39,568 nt of DNA from a virus. Lineage: Duplodnaviria > Caudoviricetes. Position numbers and translations under genes: made by a program. Shown one piece after another: positions 24,900 through 34,403 of this stretch. The stretch's first letter is position 1. Every line of letters starts with the position of its first letter. The DNA lies in IMG/VR virus record IMGVR_UViG_3300048861_000106, positions 1 through 39,568 of that record. The stretch is one strand, 5' to 3'. The notes below the pieces were generated by a model. It saw only the letters and a list, made by a program, of their open reading frames with translations. It was not told the origin of the DNA and searched no databases.

Positions 24900-26099
24900 T
24901 TAGGCCGCCTCGCTCAGGTCGAGCACTTCGCGGGTGTCATCGAAGATCAGGCGGTAGCCGTTGTTCCGCGTGCGGACGTACTTCACCGTCTGGTTCTCGA
25001 TCGCGGACTGCGACTCCTGAATGTCCGAACCGGTTTCCACCAGCTCCTCCATCGTGTCCGCCTTGGAGAAGCCGATCAGCTTCGCCTCCGGCGCGGTCGA
25101 GGAGACCTGGAAGTTGACGTTGAAGTTGAACCGCGGGTTGGCGTCAGCCAGCTGCACGCCCGCAGCGCGGAGCGCTTCGATCTGCGGCGTGCCGAGCTGC
25201 AGCGACGGCTTGGCGAACATGCGCAGCCACTCGAAGTGCATGTCGTAGTTGCCGACCACCGTGTCCACCGGAGTACCTGCCTGGGCGCGCATGACGAGCC
25301 ACTTCAGGAAGGCTTCCCAGTTGATCGCACCGCGCTTGTAGTCGACGCCGATATCGGCCGACAGCGACTTTGCGCTGCGCACCGGAGCCGCGCCATGCAC
25401 CGCATCGCCGTTCAGCAGCAGCGCGGTCGCGACGGCCACCTGCCCGATCTCGACTTCGCGCTCCATTCGGGCGGCATAGGGCGCCATGATATCCAGCGAC
25501 GCGCGACGATTGAACTCGTAGGTCCACTCGTAGCCACCGCCGAACTTGTAGAAGCGGACGCCATGTTCGGTCGCGCGGATCGAGCGCACCGGGATACGGC
25601 CTCGCTCGGCGATGATGCCGAAGGACTGGTAGTCCTCTGCATTATCGTTGACCACCGTGGTGATCATTTCGACGCCGGCGACGGTGCGGGACTGGCTGAC
25701 GATGCCATCCACGCTCTCCAGGTTGTCCTGGCGGTACTTCCACTGGACAATGTCGTCCACGACCTCCGGGAACAGCGCACGCACGCCGGGGAAGGTCTGG
25801 AAGGTCTCGGCAGCGGCCTGCAACACGACACCCTTCGAGAAGTCGTCGCGTACCGGCAGCTGCAGCGCGGCGAGCGCGGTCTCATAGCCATCGAGCTTGT
25901 CGTTGGCATAATCACCCTTGGACGGGTCGATAGCCAGGCGCAGATAATCGCGCGCCGAGATGCCGAGCTCCTTGGAGGTCGCGACAAGGTCCTTGCCGGC
26001 CTGAAGACTCTCCGCCGCATTGGTAGAGGTCAGCTTTGCGAGCACGACCTCCGCCGCATCACGGTTCCGAGCCAGCTCGATGAGGTTACTGGGCTTCAC
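24900..26099 (-). CDS. Major capsid protein (HK97 fold inferred)
   Basis: 399 aa; IAERGRIP..I, VRFYKFGGGYEWTYE..RR..LD, LLNGD; follows the protease and decoration genes. Confidence 0.88.
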   Translation of the reverse strand: MKPSNLIELARNRDAAEVVLAKLTSTNAAESLQAGKDLVATSKELGISARDYLRLAIDPSKGDYANDKLDGYETALAALQLPVRDDFSKGVVLQAAAETFQTFPGVRALFPEVVDDIVQWKYRQDNLESVDGIVSQSRTVAGVEMITTVVNDNAEDYQSFGIIAERGRIPVRSIRATEHGVRFYKFGGGYEWTYEFNRRASLDIMAPYAARMEREVEIGQVAVATALLLNGDAVHGAAPVRSAKSLSADIGVDYKRGAINWEAFLKWLVMRAQAGTPVDTVVGNYDMHFEWLRMFAKPSLQLGTPQIEALRAAGVQLADANPRFNFNVNFQVSSTAPEAKLIGFSKADTMEELVETGSDIQESQSAIENQTVKYVRTRNNGYRLIFDDTREVLDLSEAA

Positions 26100-26112
26100 T
26101 TCTGGGAACTCC

Positions 26113-26508
26113 TTAGAGCTTCTCGACGGTCACGGTGGTCGGGCCGACCGCGATGACGGTGTTGATGGATTGGTCGGCAGCCGCAGCGGCCTTCACGAGG
26201 CCGCCACCGGCACCCACAAGGGTGTCGCCGCGCTTGATCGCAGCAGCCGATTTCGGCAGCTTGGTGCGGAACTTGCGCGCTACGGCGCCGACAGTGATGC
26301 CCTCCTGCTCACGAATTTCCAGCGTTTCGAGCCGGCCATAGATGGCATCGCCGTCACCTGCGAGTTTCACGGCATTGTCGGCAGTCGTATCGAGCGCCAC
26401 AGCCTTGCCAACATCCGCGAGGGTGACGGCACCGGTCACGAGCATCGTGAAGATGAAGTCCTCGAAGCTGAAGGTTTCGGCTACGACGCTATTCGGGGTG
26501 TAGGCCAC
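26113..26508 (-). CDS. Head decoration / cement protein
   Basis: DVGKAVAL....NAVKLAGDGD.I.G.L, GD.LVGAGGG.VK; lies between protease and capsid. Confidence 0.75.
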   Translation of the reverse strand: MAYTPNSVVAETFSFEDFIFTMLVTGAVTLADVGKAVALDTTADNAVKLAGDGDAIYGRLETLEIREQEGITVGAVARKFRTKLPKSAAAIKRGDTLVGAGGGLVKAAAAADQSINTVIAVGPTTVTVEKL

Positions 26509-26525
26509 TTTTTCTACTCCTCAGC

Positions 26526-27665
26526 TTAGCGGCTGACCTGGAAGGCCGCGACGGTCGAAGCGTTGAACTTCGAGCCGAGCTTGCCCTTCTCGGTCTGGGT
26601 GTTGGCAGCAGCGCCTCCCACCGGCAGAATTGCGGTGAGACTGGACTGATGCTTCTCGATGCCGGCCTTCAGCTCGGCGATCGTCTCGGGGGCCTTCGGG
26701 GCGGTATCCCCAGTGGCCGTTGCCAGCTTGGTGAATACGTCGGCCAGAAATGCGCGCGCGTCCGACAGCTCGGCTTCCATGCCTGCCAGTTTGGTCGCAT
26801 CGGTATTCACCGCCGAAGCCGCCTCCAGCTCAGCAACCCGGCCCTCGGCCGTAGTCAGCCTCACTTGAAGACCGTCGCGCTCCGCAGTCACCGCAGTGAG
26901 CGAGACGTTGAGGGTGGCCACCTCACCGGCCTTCTCCGTCAGCTGCGCGACAATCTTGTCAAAATCCACTTCGTTCTCTCCTGCGGAAGCTGCAAGATAC
27001 AGCTCGTCAACCTCGAAGCCCCGAGCAGCGAGTGCTTGGAGCGGCGGCGCGAGCTTTGACTGAGACTTGCCCACGATTTTAGGTTTGTTTGCCGCACCAC
27101 GGGTAACCAGACTGAGTTCGGAGAAATCGTCGAGACCGACAAGGCGCGCGTGGACACCGTTCTCTCCTATAGTGTGTCCATTGTTGCAGGAACGGTCTCG
27201 GAAATTGGCCCAAGTCGCGTCGGGTCCGCGATAGTCGAAATCACATTCCGAGCAGAGGATTTGGGTCGCCAGGAACTGGACGGACACCTCGTCGAGCGAT
27301 CCGGCATTGAGTTTCGCTGCGGTGGTCTTCTCCGTAGGGTCAAGGTAAAACAGAGCACGCAGCTCCGCGCTGCCATCGGCAGCCAATTCGAGGCCCGAGG
27401 CAAACACTCGCCCTTTGGGAGTGATATCCATGTTGTGGTTGGCGATCAGCGGCAGATGGTTGCCACCGTTGATCGAGTTCTCCATCTGGCGCAGCGTGAG
27501 GTAGCTAACCGTTGCGCGCTCGAATATCGAGCCGCGCTTACCGGGCAAAGGCAGAGTGTTGAGAGCGATCACCTCAAAAACTGCCATTCCCTCAGTGTCG
27601 ACATCTTCGCCGACGGCCGATTTGATCTTGCTAATGAGTTCCGGGGTCAGCGGGATCTGCTTCAT
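26526..27665 (-). CDS. Prohead protease / scaffold
   Basis: LPLIANH, GRVF, G.LDEVSV, CSEC, ELSLV..GA; C-terminal coiled coil. Confidence 0.8.
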   Translation of the reverse strand: MKQIPLTPELISKIKSAVGEDVDTEGMAVFEVIALNTLPLPGKRGSIFERATVSYLTLRQMENSINGGNHLPLIANHNMDITPKGRVFASGLELAADGSAELRALFYLDPTEKTTAAKLNAGSLDEVSVQFLATQILCSECDFDYRGPDATWANFRDRSCNNGHTIGENGVHARLVGLDDFSELSLVTRGAANKPKIVGKSQSKLAPPLQALAARGFEVDELYLAASAGENEVDFDKIVAQLTEKAGEVATLNVSLTAVTAERDGLQVRLTTAEGRVAELEAASAVNTDATKLAGMEAELSDARAFLADVFTKLATATGDTAPKAPETIAELKAGIEKHQSSLTAILPVGGAAANTQTEKGKLGSKFNASTVAAFQVSR

Positions 27666-27738
27666 GGGACCCGCTATGACTACAGGTTTTTATTGCGGCC
27701 AGTCCGTAGGGTTCGCACCAACTCGAACCTGATTATGA

Positions 27739-28194
27739 TCACGTATTGGGCCCGTTGCCCACAGCTTCGACCGTGATGTCCCATGTCATGGATCTGCCAG
27801 CGGCTGTGGCGGTGACGATCCACTGGGTATACCGCGTGTACCTGTTCGCCCCGCTGCCCCCCGCAGTGACGGTGAACCTAATCGAAGTTGAAGTCTGGCC
27901 ACTTCCAATATCGGAGTATCCGCCGTCGCCACCCCGATATGTGTAGGTCCAAACTGCTGGCATGCTGCAATACAGGTCAGCGACTGACGTAATTCTAGCA
28001 GAGTAGTATAATGGCGTGTAGCCGGGCGAAAAAGTAACGTTGGACCGGCCCCACATGTCCGACAGGGAGATGCGGCCACCCGAAGGGGCCCCTCCCCGTC
28101 CCCACATGTCACTCATCGCAACGGGGTAGCCCAGGCCGAACTCTGCTCGGCACTGGTCGAGGCTGATAGGCGATCCGGCTGGCGGGGTCGTCAC
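27739..28194 (-). CDS. Putative fibre-tip adhesin
   Basis: N-terminal P..GSPISL...RAEFG...ISLSDMWGRS attachment motif, then a Thr/Gly/Tyr-rich domain. Confidence 0.6.
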   Translation of the reverse strand: MTTPPAGSPISLDQCRAEFGLGYPVAMSDMWGRGGAPSGGRISLSDMWGRSNVTFSPGYTPLYYSARITSVADLYCSMPAVWTYTYRGGDGGYSDIGSGQTSTSIRFTVTAGGSGANRYTRYTQWIVTATAAGRSMTWDITVEAVGNGPNT

Positions 28195-28523
28195 AAAGCC
28201 TCGGGGTCAATCAAGGGCAGTTCGCCCTGCCCCGTGTCAGGTTCCGGCTTGGGGATCGGCGGGAGCGTGAGGGGATCGGCAGGGGCCGGCGCGGGCTTGA
28301 TGGCCCCCGAGTCTATCTGGCGCTGAAGGGAAGCCTCCAGATACTCGATATGCTTGCCCTGCTCGTCCTCGGTGAGCTGGCGCCCTTGGGCCGCGAGGAA
28401 GTAGAGGGTGCCCGGGACGACCGCGACGAGGTCGAAGTTCTGCTCCACCGTCACCCCTTCATGGGTGAAGATGATGTGCGCGGTTGCGTTGTCGACATCA
28501 CGCGACACGATTGTGCGTTCCAT
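28191..28523 (-). CDS. Hypothetical protein, possible fibre assembly factor
   Basis: Coupled between fibre and adhesin genes; Pro-rich C-terminus. Confidence 0.6.
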   Translation of the reverse strand: MERTIVSRDVDNATAHIIFTHEGVTVEQNFDLVAVVPGTLYFLAAQGRQLTEDEQGKHIEYLEASLQRQIDSGAIKPAPAPADPLTLPPIPKPEPDTGQGELPLIDPEAL

Positions 28524-29959
28524 TATGGTTCCTTGGGGGTGAGAGCGTCCACCTTGGCGGACAGCTCCTTGACGGCTTCGATCAGCACGCCGACGAGGTT
28601 CTGGTAGGCTACCGATTTGATGCCGAGGGGGTCGTCGGCGGTCATGACGACTTCCGGGACAACCTCCTCCATCTCCTGGGCGATCACGCCGACTTGCGGG
28701 TTGCCATCGCGGAGATAGCGGACCCCGCGCATCCTCTCGACGAGCCTGAGGGCCCCTTCGATGGTGCGGATGTCGGTCTTCAGGCGCCGGTCGGAGAAGG
28801 CGGTGACATTCTGCGGGAAGGTGGCGTTGCCGGCGCCGTCATAGGACAGCAGCCAGCCGCCGCCGTTCGGGCTGTAGAAGCCACGCTGTGCTATGCCGTT
28901 CGCCATCATGATGAGGTCATTATTGATGGCGTAGCCCTGCCAGCCGTTCAATCCGGCCCCGTAGACGTTGACGTTGCCGTAGCTGGCCCCGCTGTCTGCG
29001 GGCACAAGTCCGCGCCCCATGCTCTCGAAGTAGATCCCCTGACCCCCGTTCACTCGGAGCCAGTTCTGGACCCACAGGTCACCGTTGACGCGGAAGTAGT
29101 CTGCTGAGCTTCCCTTACCGAACGTCTGGCCCGAGTTTCCGAACGACAGGAAGCCCGTGTCGGGGTTCTGCTCGCCTCGGATGTTGATGGCGTTGGCTAC
29201 GTTGATGTCGCCGATCCACGCATCGTCTCCGATCATGATGGAGGACCGCTCGCCGTTGCCGTAGCCGGTAAAGATCGCCGCGTTGACGCGCAGGTTTCCG
29301 TCCACCTGCGCACTTCCGGCCATGCGCGTGTTGGCGGCGGCTATGGTTACAGTATCGAGCATTGCCCCGCCGTCCGCAGCGAAGCACAGGTTCCTATAGC
29401 CGGCGATGTTTGGCCGGAGGATGTAGCCCGTGGGGTCCGTGGTGCGGTTCAGGGAGAGGTCGCCGCCGACATAGACTGAACCAGCTGCGGCGATGTGACC
29501 ACTACTCGTCAGCGGCACACTTAAGGAGAAGGGGCCGGCGTTGCCCGGTACGGCAAAGATAGGCACAGAGTCGCCGCTGCCTTCCGCTCGGTAAAGAACG
29601 AAGTTCCCGTCGCTTTGCATCTTGAACCGCGCGGACTTGGCAGCGACATTCGACACCAGGGTAAGCGATGCGTCCGTGGCCTGCTGGATCGTTAGGCCTC
29701 CGGTCATGGTTCCGCCGGCTACGTCGAGAGGTACATAGCCCAGCCGGGCCTTGATGTCCGTGTAGTAGTTGGCGGATTGGCCTGCGAGCGTGTCGGCGTC
29801 GCTTCCCGATCTCCATTCAACCGCATGGTCGGCATCGCTCGTCTTGGTCAGGACTTGGTTCGCGGTGCCACCTGACGGCACCAGTTTTGGAACCATGCCG
29901 TTCAACCTATCGCGGATCGCGACGGCTAGATCACTGATCCCACGGACCAACGAGGCCAT
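28523..29959 (-). CDS. Fibre protein with C-terminal peptidase S74 intramolecular chaperone
   Basis: FSDRRLKTDI, GVIAQE.EEVVPEVV, SVAYQNLVGVLIEAVKEL; N-terminal GGTANQVLTK..D.D..VEW; Gly/Asn-rich body. Confidence 0.9.
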   Translation of the reverse strand: MASLVRGISDLAVAIRDRLNGMVPKLVPSGGTANQVLTKTSDADHAVEWRSGSDADTLAGQSANYYTDIKARLGYVPLDVAGGTMTGGLTIQQATDASLTLVSNVAAKSARFKMQSDGNFVLYRAEGSGDSVPIFAVPGNAGPFSLSVPLTSSGHIAAAGSVYVGGDLSLNRTTDPTGYILRPNIAGYRNLCFAADGGAMLDTVTIAAANTRMAGSAQVDGNLRVNAAIFTGYGNGERSSIMIGDDAWIGDINVANAINIRGEQNPDTGFLSFGNSGQTFGKGSSADYFRVNGDLWVQNWLRVNGGQGIYFESMGRGLVPADSGASYGNVNVYGAGLNGWQGYAINNDLIMMANGIAQRGFYSPNGGGWLLSYDGAGNATFPQNVTAFSDRRLKTDIRTIEGALRLVERMRGVRYLRDGNPQVGVIAQEMEEVVPEVVMTADDPLGIKSVAYQNLVGVLIEAVKELSAKVDALTPKEP

Positions 29960-30486
29960 TAGGCAAGGCCGGCGTTGAAGATGGCCACGAAATTGGTGTC
30001 GGGGTCCCCGATCTCGGATCGGCCGATCGCATCGATGTTCGTGCGCGCGTTCTGCTTCTGGTCGAGCGTCAACCCCTGATTGGCCACATCGACGCGGACC
30101 CGCAGAGCCAGCCCCGCGGTGATCGACGCCGCGAAGTTGGAGTCATTCCCGATCGCGTCGGCCAGCTCCTTCAGCGTGTCGAGCGCCGCCGGAGCATTGC
30201 CGAGCAGACCGGAGATCGCCGTCGAGACGAGATCGCGGATCTTCGTGATCGAGTAGGTGTGATCGAGGCTCTGCGCGAGGCTGTCGTCGATCGTCGCAGC
30301 GCCAATCTCTTCCAGGTGGACGAGATCGTCCTTCAATTCGTTCAGCGCCACGACCAGATTGGCGCGGCTGGTCGTCTTGAGGGATGATAGGTCAACCGCA
30401 TTGCCGTTGATCAGCGTCCGGATGCTCTTGCATTCGGTCGAGATCCGGGTGGTGATGTCGACGAGGCGTTGGGCAAGACTGCTCAC
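29959..30486 (-). CDS. Fibre-associated structural protein
   Basis: LSSLKTT...NLV.ALNEL, APAALDTLKELADAIGND.NFA, KQNARTNI motifs common in fibre shafts. Confidence 0.7.
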   Translation of the reverse strand: MSSLAQRLVDITTRISTECKSIRTLINGNAVDLSSLKTTSRANLVVALNELKDDLVHLEEIGAATIDDSLAQSLDHTYSITKIRDLVSTAISGLLGNAPAALDTLKELADAIGNDSNFAASITAGLALRVRVDVANQGLTLDQKQNARTNIDAIGRSEIGDPDTNFVAIFNAGLA

Positions 30487-30496
30487 AGAAAGGCCT

Positions 30497-30682
30497 TCAG
30501 ATCAGCTTGTTGTCGAAAAGAACGGTGAGATCGCCCGGGTCCGGTGGTTCACCTCCGGTGGGCACAGGAGACACGGTCTGGACCACCCGAATGGTGTTCA
30601 CCCCTCGGCTTGTGCGCACCATCGCCATCTTGGTGCCCTCGACAACGAGCCTGACGATCGGGCGCGGTGCAATCGTGATCAC
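30497..30682 (-). CDS. Small hypothetical virion protein
   Basis: GTG overlapping the upstream TGA; C-terminal DPGDLTVLFDNKLI. Confidence 0.55.
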   Translation of the reverse strand: MITIAPRPIVRLVVEGTKMAMVRTSRGVNTIRVVQTVSPVPTGGEPPDPGDLTVLFDNKLI

Positions 30683-30999
30683 CAGCCAGTCACCATCATG
30701 TGGCCCTGCCAGATGACCGGGCATTCCGGCATGCTCTCGTCCTGAACGATGAACTCGGCCTTCGCATTCAGGTGGTCAGCGAGCTCCAGCGGTTCCAGCA
30801 CGAGCAGCAGCTCGTTTGGCTCGATGCCGGGGGTAAGCGCCTTCGAGAAGCCGGCCGAGGTCATGAAGGTCACCACGGCGTTTGTCATGTCGCGCGGTCC
30901 GCCATCCTCGTTCTGGAAATACAGCGGAAGCCGCGCGCCCTCGCGGTTGTGCAGACGGATGTCACCCTGTTCGGTGACGACGGCGGGTGTATTGATCAC
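30679..30999 (-). CDS. Hypothetical structural protein, possible fibre adaptor
   Basis: Coupled to portal; PRDMT.A.V.F...VIWQG beta-sandwich-like pattern. Confidence 0.6.
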   Translation of the reverse strand: MINTPAVVTEQGDIRLHNREGARLPLYFQNEDGGPRDMTNAVVTFMTSAGFSKALTPGIEPNELLLVLEPLELADHLNAKAEFIVQDESMPECPVIWQGHMMVTGW

Positions 31000-32483
31000 G
31001 CTGCGGCCCTCGATTTTGGCTTGGTGACGGTCTTGCTGCGGGCCTGCTTGGTGCCCCCTTCCGGGGCCATGCTCCGTCCCAACGGGTCGGAGTTGGGGGA
31101 AACGCCCTCCACATCTACGGAAGGCGCAGCCGCGGGCGACATGAAGTTGCTGCCGGACAGTTCGGGCGCGCTGTCGGGCCGGGGGCGGCCGAAAACAGCG
31201 ATGTGGAACTCATCGTCGGTGACGTAGCCACGGCTCAGCGCCTGCTCCCAACGCGACTGCTTCATCGTCTTCTGGGGCTCCAGCTCCAGCGTAGGACGCA
31301 ACTCGACCGGCTCGAACTCGAACTCCACGCTGCCTTGGAAGCCGGCGAGTCGGGTCGCCAAGGTCAGGAGCTGCGACCAGATGTCGGCCACCACCTTGTT
31401 GAGTGCATCGCAGTTTAGGGCGAACAAACGCGCCTCGACCGACGCGGTCTGGCCGTTCCCGTTACCCTTGCCGATCACAGCCGGCATGGTCTTTAGCGCG
31501 GCCTGGTTCTGCTCGTTCAAAACGTCGATCACGTTGGCGATCGGGAGTGAGGTCGCCGGCCGGCTGTCGTTGACCATATCGACCTTGACGGCGTCCGTAT
31601 GAACGAGCGCCTCGTCACTCCGCAACGCAGTGAAGGCCGCACGGATCTGAGCGATCTGGGTGTCGATAAACTCGCGGGTCTTCTGACTATCTGCACGAAG
31701 CAGGGGCGGCGCCGACTTCAGCAGCACCTCTTCCAGCACCGACACGTCCATGCGCGGATAACCCACCACCTGGGTGATCCGGTACAGCTCGTTGATCACC
31801 TGCTGCCGGGCAGCAATCGTGTTGATGGCGGCCACAAAGGGCGAGTACGTGTAGATGTCGGTCGGGTTCTGGTGGAACCGAGCGGTGAAGAACGTCGGAA
31901 TATCGAGATTGATCTCGGCGTTCGCGCCGGCGGGTTTTTGCACGGGCTTGTAGACGCCGGGCTGCTTCTCGTTCCATTCGATCGAGGCCATATCGATCAT
32001 GCGTACTGAGTCCGGCTCGAAGCGCTTGTTCAGCACCAGCTCCGCGCCCGGCGAGCCCCGCAGCAGCGTCCAGAACCGCATATCGTCGTTGGCCTGCTTC
32101 AGAGACGGTTTGGCCGAGAAGCCGAGGGTATAGTCCGAAGTGATGGTCACCGCGTCCAGGATCTGATGCGCCATGCGGATGCCGTCGGGCGCCAGCTGGC
32201 CCTCCATATCGTAGGCCTTGATGACCCAATCCGCTGAGCCAGAGATCGACTGGTAGGCGAAAAATGCCGCGGAGACGTCGCTATCATGGCGCGACAGGTC
32301 CGACATCAGCGAACGGCTGTCGTTCGCCTGCCGGGTGTTGAACAGATCCGTCAGGTGATCGCGATAGCGCGGCAGCGAGAGAACCGCTTGGCTCGGCTTA
32401 TAGGTAGGCGTCAGCGACTGGCCGCCTGCCTTTGCCTTCTTCTTCGGGAGCAGGATCTGAAGCGACTGGAGCGCGGTTGCCAT
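30996..32483 (-). CDS. Portal protein
   Basis: 495 aa directly after the terminase; helical; PAVIG, LSRGYVTDDE; synteny. Confidence 0.82.
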   Translation of the reverse strand: MATALQSLQILLPKKKAKAGGQSLTPTYKPSQAVLSLPRYRDHLTDLFNTRQANDSRSLMSDLSRHDSDVSAAFFAYQSISGSADWVIKAYDMEGQLAPDGIRMAHQILDAVTITSDYTLGFSAKPSLKQANDDMRFWTLLRGSPGAELVLNKRFEPDSVRMIDMASIEWNEKQPGVYKPVQKPAGANAEINLDIPTFFTARFHQNPTDIYTYSPFVAAINTIAARQQVINELYRITQVVGYPRMDVSVLEEVLLKSAPPLLRADSQKTREFIDTQIAQIRAAFTALRSDEALVHTDAVKVDMVNDSRPATSLPIANVIDVLNEQNQAALKTMPAVIGKGNGNGQTASVEARLFALNCDALNKVVADIWSQLLTLATRLAGFQGSVEFEFEPVELRPTLELEPQKTMKQSRWEQALSRGYVTDDEFHIAVFGRPRPDSAPELSGSNFMSPAAAPSVDVEGVSPNSDPLGRSMAPEGGTKQARSKTVTKPKSRAAA

Positions 32484-34213
32484 TAGCGCGCGCCCAGACG
32501 CGAGAAGCGCTTAGCTCCAACTTGTCCAGTGAGTGAGTCGGTAGAGCCAGGCAGGCTCATTCCGGTCAATACCACCGAGGACATCAGCGAGGAGGTCTGC
32601 TTAGTAAACACGTGCTCACACACCCGCCGGGCCAAAAGAGAAAGAGCCATCGCGTGGAAGAAGTGATCGTTGTTGTTCAGCTTCTTCCACTCGGGCTCTG
32701 TCTCAGGTTTTTCGTCGCGCACCATATCGCGGAGGTGGGTGATCAAAGTCTCTCGGTATGGACCGTAACCTGCGAGAACCGCCTCGTTATTCGTGATGAC
32801 AGTGCGAACTCGATCCAACGCGCTGGTCCGATTGGCGGTGTAATAGTCGGCCGTCCCCAGTTCATCGAGGTGCGGCGCGATGATGGCCTTGCCGCCGTAG
32901 CCGACCGGCATGATCGTACCGTGCGTTTCGTCGCGGATCGCGTCGACGGTCGGCGTGTAGGGGTAGCGATCGGCACAGCCCTGCACGATCGAGTAAATCT
33001 CGCGCAGCTCGCGCAGGCGGTCATGCAGCATGAAGATCGGGATCTGTTCGAACAGGACCCACTGAGGCTTGCCGTCGCCCTCGAAATTGAGGAGGACCAG
33101 ATGGCAGATTTGACCCATGTCGAGGCCAAGGAACACCGGGACATCTCGCCCGACGTTGGGAATGTTACCCGTCGAGGCCATGCAGGCTTCGATCTCGTGG
33201 CGCTGCATCTGCGCCGAACTTTCGGTGAAGGGGTCGCCCAACACCGTGTTCACGAACCCGCGGATGTAATCCTGCTTCTGATAGTTCGCGAGCTGCGTGA
33301 AGATGTAGCCGGGCGGAATGCGTGCAGTCGAAAATGGGCGGACCTTGTAGCCGCGGAAATTGACCCGCGAGGGGTAGGTCGCGATCCACTCGCGCATGTT
33401 CGCATTACCTAGGTCAAGGCGCCGGGAGCACTTCTCACACTTCACATAAATGTCATCAAGAGGCATGTCCGCGATCTGTTCTTGCGACAGATCGAGAAGA
33501 CTCTCCACTTCGTAATGGAAGTTCGGGATGTGCAGAAATTCAAAGCTGAAGCGCGGGATCTGATGGTGGTTACAAGCTTCGCACTTGACCAGATATTCTC
33601 GCTGATCCGTGAGCTGATAATTTCGGTTGATACCGTAATCAAGGAACGTCGGCGTCGAGAACGCCTGCGTCATCTTCAGATCGGAGTCCTGGAGGCGGCT
33701 TTGGAACAGCCCGATCATGTTCATCGGCGAGAGGTCTAGCTCGTCGTGGAACAGGAAGTCTGCAGAGATCGAGGTCGCATCACCCTCGGTGCAGCCCGTG
33801 ATGTACCCGAAGCTGTCGAAAATCTGGACGAGATCCATGCGCCGGACCGGCTTGACGTCCATCGGCGGGTTGAAGATCGGATCTGCATCCAAGATCGGTT
33901 TCATGCGCGCGTTGTAGACGCGCTGGAACATCGTCTGGTTCGGCAGCGTGAAGATGCCGCTGATCGCGGTATTTCGGCGCAACATCGCAAAAAACTTGCG
34001 AATTTGGATTTCGGTGAGGCCAACCTGCGAGCACTTCTCAACCGATAGGTTTCGGTGCTCGTCGTCCGCGATCATCTCTTGGAACGGGTATTTGTCGTAG
34101 GTTAGCGGCTTTTTTGAGTGCGTCGTGTTCTCAGCAATCCAGCGCGCAAGGCCGATATTGGCATCAGACGACCCATATCTATCACGGCACGATTGCAACA
34201 GTTCCGCAAACAC
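32483..34213 (-). CDS. Terminase large subunit (lambda GpA-like)
   Basis: KCSQVGLTE (GpA-type Walker A), FHDELD (Walker B), FSTPT, CEAC/CEKC zinc motif, GLDMG nuclease Asp, DHFFHA. Confidence 0.92.
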   Translation of the reverse strand: MFAELLQSCRDRYGSSDANIGLARWIAENTTHSKKPLTYDKYPFQEMIADDEHRNLSVEKCSQVGLTEIQIRKFFAMLRRNTAISGIFTLPNQTMFQRVYNARMKPILDADPIFNPPMDVKPVRRMDLVQIFDSFGYITGCTEGDATSISADFLFHDELDLSPMNMIGLFQSRLQDSDLKMTQAFSTPTFLDYGINRNYQLTDQREYLVKCEACNHHQIPRFSFEFLHIPNFHYEVESLLDLSQEQIADMPLDDIYVKCEKCSRRLDLGNANMREWIATYPSRVNFRGYKVRPFSTARIPPGYIFTQLANYQKQDYIRGFVNTVLGDPFTESSAQMQRHEIEACMASTGNIPNVGRDVPVFLGLDMGQICHLVLLNFEGDGKPQWVLFEQIPIFMLHDRLRELREIYSIVQGCADRYPYTPTVDAIRDETHGTIMPVGYGGKAIIAPHLDELGTADYYTANRTSALDRVRTVITNNEAVLAGYGPYRETLITHLRDMVRDEKPETEPEWKKLNNNDHFFHAMALSLLARRVCEHVFTKQTSSLMSSVVLTGMSLPGSTDSLTGQVGAKRFSRLGAR

Positions 34214-34240
34214 TGAGCGTCAACTATATGCAGAGAACAC

Positions 34241-34270
34241 AAAAAGCAACACCCGCCTCTCGGCGGGTGT
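34241..34270 (-). terminator. Intrinsic terminator upstream of the terminase
   Basis: ACACCCGCC-GAGA-GGCGGGUGU then UGCUUUUU. Confidence 0.7.
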
Positions 34271-34387
34271 CACCTCTCTGCACGGAAGGAGAAGAACGGC
34301 GAGGCGGGGGGCATTAACCTCGGCGATCGACACGCCTTGCGGCGCGAGGAAACGAATGTCTTATTTTTTCTTCGCCGTCATCTCCAT
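34241..34387 (-). ncRNA. Candidate structured RNA or leader with micro-ORF MEMTAKKK
   Basis: Nested stems closed by a GCAA tetraloop, then a GAGA-loop terminator; extended -10 TGtTATACA 5 nt upstream. Confidence 0.45.
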
Positions 34388-34403
34388 GCGTCTGTATAAC
34401 ATG

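Noticed and set aside
24825-26156. 443-aa + strand ORF opposite the capsid gene (likewise 20693-21727 and 35266-36543)
   Set aside because: Shadow frames caused by codon bias; the opposite strand holds the recognisable protein
27739-29959. Diversity-generating retroelement or invertible fibre cassette
   Set aside because: No reverse transcriptase, invertase or template/variable repeat pair seen; the only repeat is the short coding SDMWGR duplication
34241-34387. tRNA or glycine riboswitch
   Set aside because: No cloverleaf or T-loop; GGAGA...CGAAG only loosely resembles the glycine aptamer and the CUCUCAGG element is missing
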